Of a DNA stretch of 13,329 bases, positions 6,823 to 13,329 are shown piece after piece. The notes below the pieces were generated by a model. That model saw only the letters and a program-made list of their open reading frames with translations, was not told where the DNA came from and made no database searches. Position 1 is the first letter of the stretch. Every line of letters begins with the position of its first letter. The position numbers and the translations under genes are program-made. Location: the NCBI GenBank assembly GCA_964534625.1, contig CAZHRF010000058.1:1-13329 (forward strand). The letters run 5' to 3'. Source of the DNA: an uncultured archaeon. Lineage in GTDB: Archaea; Asgardarchaeota; Heimdallarchaeia; Heimdallarchaeales; Heimdallarchaeaceae.

Positions 6823-6830
6823 TATATAAA
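6823..6830 (-). promoter_or_regulatory. Putative archaeal TATA box (TTTATATA) of the korDABC-hdrA operon
   Basis: Consensus TATA box 37 nt upstream of the korD TTG. Confidence 0.6.
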
Positions 6831-7142
6831 TATAATGTTGATCTTATTGCACATAGTGTTTAATCAATGAATTCTTAAAACATTTGTCATAAAATTTAAA
6901 TTGCCATTTCTATATTTTACTTTTCTTTTTTCTCTCAGGTTTTACTACTTCCAAATTAAGAGAAAAAGTTAAGAGATTACCAATTAGAACACATCTATAC
7001 TATTCTATTTTATTATAGAGCTAATAGTAGCTCAACACAGGTTTTAATGACTATACTATAGTTTTAAATATGAAATGCAATCTCCGAAGTTCCTGATATC
7101 AATACAAATGAAAATCCATCCGTATGACAATTCTGGATCTTT

Positions 7143-7170
7143 AAACAAAATGAATTAGAAAGAGAAAAAG
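7143..7170 (-). terminator. Pyrimidine/oligo-T tract, putative terminator of the ABC operon
   Basis: T-rich tract (CTTTTTCTCTTTCTAATTCATTTTGTTT) on the minus strand just after the ATPase stop. Confidence 0.45.
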
Positions 7171-7177
7171 AGAAGCT

Positions 7178-8941
7178 TCAATTACTTTCATCTTCAATTT
7201 CTATATCCAGATATTTTTCTAGAATTCCTTTTAACCTTTGTTTTGTCACAATAAAGTCATCTGTTATTTCGCCATTCTGAAGACTGATTAATCTAAACCC
7301 TGGTCTTACTAAAGATAAATCATGAGTGCTCATTATTATTGTTCTGTCATATTTTACTGATGTCTCCATCAACAACGAGATAAGCTCTCTCGCTAGTCTT
7401 GTATCTAAATTAGCTGTGGGTTCATCAGCAAAGATTAATGGTGTATGTCTGGCTAAGGCAACAGCTAATGCAGCACGTTGTTTTTCTCCTCCTGAAAGCT
7501 CTGGCGGATACGCATCAAGTTTATGATAAATATTACATTCTTTGGCTATTTGCTCAACTTTTTCTTTACTTATTTGCTTATCATCATTGAATAACGACGG
7601 GATATACATATTTTCTCGTATAAGGTATTGATCAAGAAGATTGTTTACTTGACTAATCATTGCTATATTATAAAATCTAAATGCACTTACTTTATCTCTA
7701 TCCTTTTGAGTTATTTCAAAATCATTGACTTTAATAATACCCTCATCAGGTTTTTCTACCCCCGATAAAACATTCATCATTGTAGTTTTTCCTGCTCCCG
7801 ATTTTCCTGATATTACGACAAGTTGTCCTTTTCTAATATCATAAGATAATCCTTTTAATACCTCGTTCTCAAATCTTCCTGCTCGAAATGATTTTTTTAA
7901 GTTCTTTACATGAATGGCAATTTCTTTATGATCTTTTGGTATGAACTCTTGTTCTAGTATCGGTTGTACTTCTTTGAAAGATACCTTTCCTTCTCCTTCT
8001 CCTTGTCCTCTTTCTTTCAGATATTCCTCAGTTTTTTCCATCTCCTCATATACTTCTTCTCTTGTAACCTCGTCAGGATTAAAGATTACTGAAAATTTCT
8101 TTGAAGGATGAATTTCAAACTCAGTTATATGCTTAAATCCTCCAGAAGCATAAACTGCATCGGGTAATCGAACAAATTGAGAACTATCTATAACACTTTG
8201 TAGACTCGATTCTTGGGGTTTTAAGATAAAGTCCAGTTCATCTCGATCAAGATCAATATTTACACCCACCAAACGCCCATCTCTTATGATATAACTCTTT
8301 TTGAACGCATTTCTAAATCGTAAGTCATGGGTTACAACTAAAATTGATGTACCGTATTGGTCATTCAAATCTTTGAAAGTTGCTATAATATCATTTGTAT
8401 TTGCTGTATCTAGTTGTCCCGTTGGCTCATCAGCAAGGACTATTGAAGGTTTTTTCGACAATACCGTTCCTATCGATGTTCTAACAGCCTCTCCTCCTGA
8501 TATGTGTGTTACTCTATTATTGCGTATTTTCTTTATGTTCAATACTTCTAATAGTTCTTTCGTCTCCTTTTTCGCTTTTTCACGTGGAAAGTGCCGCATC
8601 TTCATAGGTAACATAATGTTATCTTCAACTGATAAATGAGCAAGCAGATTTTGATGGACAAACTGATTAAGTATCCCCATCTTTTCAAATCTAAATTTAC
8701 GCATTTCACGGTCATTTAAATCGACAATGTTAACATTATCTATGATAACTGAACCACCGCTAGGAGAGAGAAGTCCACTCAATATTTTGATAAGCGTACT
8801 TTTTCCTGATCCGCTTGGACCAATAACTGATGCTACTTCTCCATCTCTGACATAAAGATCGAGTCCTCTCAAAGCTGATGTTTTCACATCAGTCATTGGA
8901 TCATGATACACTTTAATTAGGTCTTTTGCTAGTATTCCCAT
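7178..8941 (-). CDS. ABC transporter ATP-binding protein with two fused LolD/MacB-type NBDs
   Basis: NBD1: GPSGSGKS, ISGGEAVR, VLADEPTGQLD, VTHD. NBD2: GKSGAGKT, LSGGEKQR, IFADEPTANLD, STHD. A ~110-aa linker separates them. Confidence 0.95.
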   Translation of the reverse strand: MGILAKDLIKVYHDPMTDVKTSALRGLDLYVRDGEVASVIGPSGSGKSTLIKILSGLLSPSGGSVIIDNVNIVDLNDREMRKFRFEKMGILNQFVHQNLLAHLSVEDNIMLPMKMRHFPREKAKKETKELLEVLNIKKIRNNRVTHISGGEAVRTSIGTVLSKKPSIVLADEPTGQLDTANTNDIIATFKDLNDQYGTSILVVTHDLRFRNAFKKSYIIRDGRLVGVNIDLDRDELDFILKPQESSLQSVIDSSQFVRLPDAVYASGGFKHITEFEIHPSKKFSVIFNPDEVTREEVYEEMEKTEEYLKERGQGEGEGKVSFKEVQPILEQEFIPKDHKEIAIHVKNLKKSFRAGRFENEVLKGLSYDIRKGQLVVISGKSGAGKTTMMNVLSGVEKPDEGIIKVNDFEITQKDRDKVSAFRFYNIAMISQVNNLLDQYLIRENMYIPSLFNDDKQISKEKVEQIAKECNIYHKLDAYPPELSGGEKQRAALAVALARHTPLIFADEPTANLDTRLARELISLLMETSVKYDRTIIMSTHDLSLVRPGFRLISLQNGEITDDFIVTKQRLKGILEKYLDIEIEDESN

Positions 8942-8947
8942 CTTTTA

Positions 8948-11900
8948 TCATTCCATTTGTGTAGGTGCATATTGCTCAAATTCTCTCCTAAGTATATATC
9001 TCATGTTCAGGTACAATATCAAAGGTATACCCATGAGAGCTATTAGTAGTAACGCCCAAGGATACACAACATATTGTGTATAGGCTGTTATACCATATTC
9101 AAGAAGACTTAACGTTCGTGGGATAACTAAAAAGCCAACTGTCGACCCGATTATCATAGCGGGTACAATTGCTGCTATGAAACTTTCAATGGTTGATAGA
9201 TTTATTATTGTATGTGCTTTAATGCCTACTTTTTTCATAATATCATGTTTAATCACTCGTTTTTCTAATATTTTAATGGCTGTTGTAACAGTTGAAAATA
9301 CCAGTACTACCAAGGAAACAACCATACTTAATATCAATTCTATGATGAATATATTATAGAGAGGGGTTTTGAGGTTGTCTTTAACATCTTCATGGCTTCT
9401 TAGAACTGCACTTTGTGTCATTTCAAACAAAGATTGTTTAACAGAATTTACATTTTGATTAGAGTTAACTTTGACAAATAAGAAATCATAAGTTAATATC
9501 CGTCTTGTAATAATATTCTCTATTTGTTCAAAACACTCTGCAGAAATTATAATCATTCTTTCATCATTCTCAACATCCTCTTCAAAAAAGAAAACGGGGA
9601 ATAACTCAAATGTATCAATAATCTCCACACGATAGTCCAATCCTAAATCTCTGTTTGAAAAACTTAATTCGTCACCTATTTCCTTGAAGTGTGTTCGTAA
9701 AACTTCTTGTGATACTATTATATTATCTTCTGTCAAATCATCCAACCCTTCCCATTTAAAGTTAGTTACTCTTTGTTGTGGTTGTTCTATAGTCGATAGG
9801 AAATGTGATTGGTTGATCACCAGCATTCTTACCCGTTCAAATATTCCTGCATATATGGTAAACATTCTTGCATGAGTGGCACTTTGAACATTAGATATTG
9901 CAGTTACCTCTTCAACTGAATATCCATAATCAGACCATTTTGGTACAAGTATATCAGATCCGTTTTGGAAATAAGCTTGTTGATCTAGCGCTTTCTCTTT
10001 TGAATAGGGTACAACAAACATAGGTATAAGTATTCCTACAACAAGCAAGAAGATAAGAGTAATATTTTCGAAATAGTTGATATCTTTAGCTATTTCTGCA
10101 AATATAAATGTCTGTTTGTTTTTCTTTCCTTTTGTCCATAAAAGATATCCCACTCCTCTCCATAGCATTGATAGAATTTTTATTGCTATAGGTAATCCAC
10201 CCAACAACGAAAATACTGCACCAGCTACAGTTAAAAATAGAAATATAGTAAATGTAGATATCCTACTCTGTTCAAAACTAAGAACAGCTTGATTATAGAA
10301 GTACAAGTAGGATACAACGCCCAATGTTAAAAAGAATAAATCTCTCCAACTTATCTGTTTTAGTAATTTCATAAATTTATTTGGAGATTTAATTACTTCT
10401 TTTTGGCGTCCTATTATCAATAATATTCTTGGTATGCTTATGATGAAAAGAACCAAGGCAACTAAAAGCATTTCTACAACCACATTTCCTACCACCAATT
10501 GTGTCTCTGTATTTCTGAAACTTATAAAACCATTAATACGAATCAGCGGGATTGCTGTTATGACAGCTAAACCAAAACTCACTATAGTCGCTGTAACAAC
10601 TTCAAATAGTCGTATACTGACATAAATGCTCATGATCTTTCTTCTCGAGACACCACGTGATTTTAGTATTTCTACCTCATTCTGATAGCTGGAACTAAAT
10701 AGTTCTGAGCTTTCAAAGATCATAAATATTGAGAGAACAATAGCAGGTATGGCAAAAACAACCAATCGTGTTTGATTGTTTAGATAGTAGTTATTAAAAT
10801 TTTGAAAGAAATTACTAATCTCTTCATAAAACATTAAAGTTGAGCTAGTATCGAAATCAAATGAAAAAGTTCTGCCTTCGATTAATTCTTGTTCCAAGAC
10901 CAATTCATTTCTTTCTTCTATCCTGAAACCTTCAAAATCCAGATGAAATTGATAGACTCCACGAACAACAAGATTTACTTTTGATGCACCGTTTAGTATC
11001 TCGAAGAAATTATCTGCGATAGTAATAATATCACGTCCTGCCATGGGTTTCAAAATGTCATTAGATTCTCCGAGGTAATTTGTTATTTTACGTACTTCAG
11101 CAAAATTAAGAGCAGAATATAATCCTACAATAGTAACATTACTAATATAATCGGGATCTTCATCTTGGACACCATCTCGTGTATATATTTGTAAAGTGTC
11201 ATTTACTCCTAATTCTGTTTTTCGAGATAAACGCCCACTAATTACCACTTCACTATCATTATGTGGTTCTCGTCCTTCATAAAGGAAAGAATCAAATAGT
11301 GCATTTGAGTTACGCGGTAAAGCCACTATTCCGTAGGAGAGTGTCACAACGTGATGAGGATCATGTATTTTTAAAGATGTATAGTAAGTTGATTGTAAGT
11401 CTACGATATATTTATCTAATATCATATCTTCAAATAAACTACTAATGTACTCTTCTGCTTCTTGATGATAATAAGCGTCAATTTCTGATCCATTACTATT
11501 GAAAGTCGTAACCATAGAAGCAGTTGGTATGTCATCTGAGAGTATATTATGTGATCTATAGTATGCCTTTATCATTGCAGATTCGGTTGATTGAGAGATG
11601 ATAAATGCAGAACTTAGCAAATATCCTGTAATAATAAATCCTAACAGGGTGAATATTGTTCTCTTTTTATTACTTGTCCAAATAATTTTAATGGTAGATA
11701 CAGCATTATAATAGAACCTTCTGATATTTAAGAAGAAGAGTTTAAAAGTTCCATAATCACCAGGTTCTTTACTGAACAGAAAAGCTAACAGTTTTTCCTT
11801 ATTTTTAAAAATCAAAAGCGGGATCCCAGCTAGACTTATAACTGCAATAACTATGGAAATTGATAATACAATCCAATGCTCTTTTAAATATTCTTTAATA

Positions 11901-13177
11901 ATATTGTACTCTGTTAGTCCAGTTAATACCGCTTCTATTTCTAAATCATAATTTGTATTTGCGAAAAGCACATTCGTATTTTCTTCTTTAAATGAAGTTA
12001 ACCCACTATTAATATAGGGTAGCAAATCTTGCGTTTTCATTGTTATATTATATGTAATAATGAAGTTAGTTTCACTCGCGAACATATTGTATGAGTTATT
12101 ATTTGTTGGATATTTAGTGGTAATAGTTCTAAATTTCCATGTGTTTTCATCAAAGAGCCCTTGATGAATAGATATGGTCCCATAAGAATTTTGTGTTTCC
12201 AAGTAGAATATTTCTCCATTCTCTGTTTTAATATATTTTGAATCAGTTATATCATTTTGAAACAAAACAGTTTGAGAATGTGCAGATAATTGCGTTTCAT
12301 TGAAACTGCCCCAATGTATAGATCTAGGAGTCACAAAGGAATATTTTAAATCATTATTTAAAGTTTCAAAATGGGTTTTTTTGACACTCTCAGAAGACAC
12401 AGCTGCAAACTCTTTATGATAAAAGGGACTTAAATGACCATCCTTCAATTGTCCAAAGCCCATTCCAAAGTTATCTTCCCAAAGCTCATAAACATACCAA
12501 ATATTATTTGCACTATCTACTTTAATATCAAGAATTTTTCTTCTTTGAAAATCGGAATAACCATTTTGATTATATGTCAAATTGTTAACTTCATATATTG
12601 TTTTAGATATAGCGTACCCCCTCATACCCCAAGCATGGGTAACATTCATTGTCATCATATTATCATGATCAAACTCTGCTCTGAATCTATGGACCATTCC
12701 ATTTTTAATTTGAAAGCCCATATACCTAACATAAGGTCTACTCTGAACTGCAATATAGTCAATCACATTTTGTCTAACAAGATCTTCTGTCCACCCATAA
12801 TAATAGTAAATTATGTCATTTGCTGTGTTAATAACACTATAAATAATTATTACACCACCTGTTTGGGATGCTTGTGCAATATGAAACTCAAGTTCATAAA
12901 CATCTTCATGTATTGTAGATATAATTGCAGTATTGTTAATATACCGTACATGTAACAAAACATTGTCTGTATTATTCAAAACATGGACAAACAAATGAAG
13001 GTCACCATTTGAGTCTATAATGGGTTGTGATGCTATTATTCCTTCAATATCAGCTGTATCAGGGGTAACAAACAATGGAAATTCTTTATAATCCGCTGAA
13101 ACTGCAAATTGGGAAAAACAGAACAGAATCACAATCACAAATACTATTACTATTAATTTTTTATTTTTTCTTAACAT
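8948..13177 (-). CDS. Large FtsX/MacB-like ABC permease with signal peptide, extra ~400-aa extracellular domain and two permease repeats
   Basis: Basic-plus-hydrophobic N-terminus (KKLIVIVFVIVILFCFSQFAVSA); NKKRT followed by a TM helix; MacB-like extracytoplasmic motifs (EGREP..DSEVVIS, LGVNDTL, IVGLY); FtsX signatures EVEILKSRGVSRRKI and HDIMKKVGIKAHTI; multiple TM segments; 6 nt from the ATPase gene. Confidence 0.9.
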   Translation of the reverse strand: MLRKNKKLIVIVFVIVILFCFSQFAVSADYKEFPLFVTPDTADIEGIIASQPIIDSNGDLHLFVHVLNNTDNVLLHVRYINNTAIISTIHEDVYELEFHIAQASQTGGVIIIYSVINTANDIIYYYYGWTEDLVRQNVIDYIAVQSRPYVRYMGFQIKNGMVHRFRAEFDHDNMMTMNVTHAWGMRGYAISKTIYEVNNLTYNQNGYSDFQRRKILDIKVDSANNIWYVYELWEDNFGMGFGQLKDGHLSPFYHKEFAAVSSESVKKTHFETLNNDLKYSFVTPRSIHWGSFNETQLSAHSQTVLFQNDITDSKYIKTENGEIFYLETQNSYGTISIHQGLFDENTWKFRTITTKYPTNNNSYNMFASETNFIITYNITMKTQDLLPYINSGLTSFKEENTNVLFANTNYDLEIEAVLTGLTEYNIIKEYLKEHWIVLSISIVIAVISLAGIPLLIFKNKEKLLAFLFSKEPGDYGTFKLFFLNIRRFYYNAVSTIKIIWTSNKKRTIFTLLGFIITGYLLSSAFIISQSTESAMIKAYYRSHNILSDDIPTASMVTTFNSNGSEIDAYYHQEAEEYISSLFEDMILDKYIVDLQSTYYTSLKIHDPHHVVTLSYGIVALPRNSNALFDSFLYEGREPHNDSEVVISGRLSRKTELGVNDTLQIYTRDGVQDEDPDYISNVTIVGLYSALNFAEVRKITNYLGESNDILKPMAGRDIITIADNFFEILNGASKVNLVVRGVYQFHLDFEGFRIEERNELVLEQELIEGRTFSFDFDTSSTLMFYEEISNFFQNFNNYYLNNQTRLVVFAIPAIVLSIFMIFESSELFSSSYQNEVEILKSRGVSRRKIMSIYVSIRLFEVVTATIVSFGLAVITAIPLIRINGFISFRNTETQLVVGNVVVEMLLVALVLFIISIPRILLIIGRQKEVIKSPNKFMKLLKQISWRDLFFLTLGVVSYLYFYNQAVLSFEQSRISTFTIFLFLTVAGAVFSLLGGLPIAIKILSMLWRGVGYLLWTKGKKNKQTFIFAEIAKDINYFENITLIFLLVVGILIPMFVVPYSKEKALDQQAYFQNGSDILVPKWSDYGYSVEEVTAISNVQSATHARMFTIYAGIFERVRMLVINQSHFLSTIEQPQQRVTNFKWEGLDDLTEDNIIVSQEVLRTHFKEIGDELSFSNRDLGLDYRVEIIDTFELFPVFFFEEDVENDERMIIISAECFEQIENIITRRILTYDFLFVKVNSNQNVNSVKQSLFEMTQSAVLRSHEDVKDNLKTPLYNIFIIELILSMVVSLVVLVFSTVTTAIKILEKRVIKHDIMKKVGIKAHTIINLSTIESFIAAIVPAMIIGSTVGFLVIPRTLSLLEYGITAYTQYVVYPWALLLIALMGIPLILYLNMRYILRREFEQYAPTQME

Positions 13178-13329
13178 GATAATCCTTCCACATAACGTTT
13201 AGCTTGTTTTCTCTTTTTAACTAGTTTTTAACATTTTTTTGCAAAAGCACGCGATTTAAATTAATCTTTTTGCTTTTTTAATCTAAAGAATGGTATTTCA
13301 CTGCATAGTAAGACACTTATAAAGATTAT

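Noticed and set aside
6900-7065. Small dyads in the ABC-kor intergenic region (for example GAGCTA-ATAG-TAGCTC at 7018-7033, and ACTATACTATAGT)
   Set aside because: Short, AT-rich and not repeated elsewhere in the window. There is no recognisable ncRNA or element boundary.
8939-8950. Permease and ATPase are in the same frame (TGA TAA AAG ATG), suggesting a read-through fusion
   Set aside because: Two consecutive stop codons make read-through implausible.
267-12955. All plus-strand ORFs in the track (for example 267..803, 849..1199, 8301..8639, 12434..12955)
   Set aside because: They lie antisense to well-supported genes, have Ser/Ile/Phe-rich shadow composition and show no motifs. Similarity between some of them only mirrors the hdrA duplication.

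Overview
AT-rich window with archaeal-style signals (TATA boxes, oligo-T terminators, overlapping start/stop codons). An Asgard/Heimdallarchaeia-like origin is my inference and is not proven. All credible genes are on the minus strand. In transcription order: (i) a type VII (MacB/LolCDE/FtsX-like) ABC module, made of a 1409-aa permease with a large extra N-terminal extracellular domain and a 587-aa ATPase with two fused NBDs; (ii) a tightly coupled korD-korA-korB-korC-hdrA operon (four-subunit 2-oxoacid:ferredoxin oxidoreductase plus a complete HdrA); (iii) a 161-bp non-autonomous IS200/IS605-derived mini-element with both end hairpins and matching guide/cleavage tetranucleotides; (iv) a second unit whose leader resembles the korD 5' region, encoding a chimeric half-HdrA fused in frame to an FwdF-like polyferredoxin C-terminus, followed by a third HdrA that runs off the window and is missing from the ORF track. 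All plus-strand ORFs look like antisense shadows.
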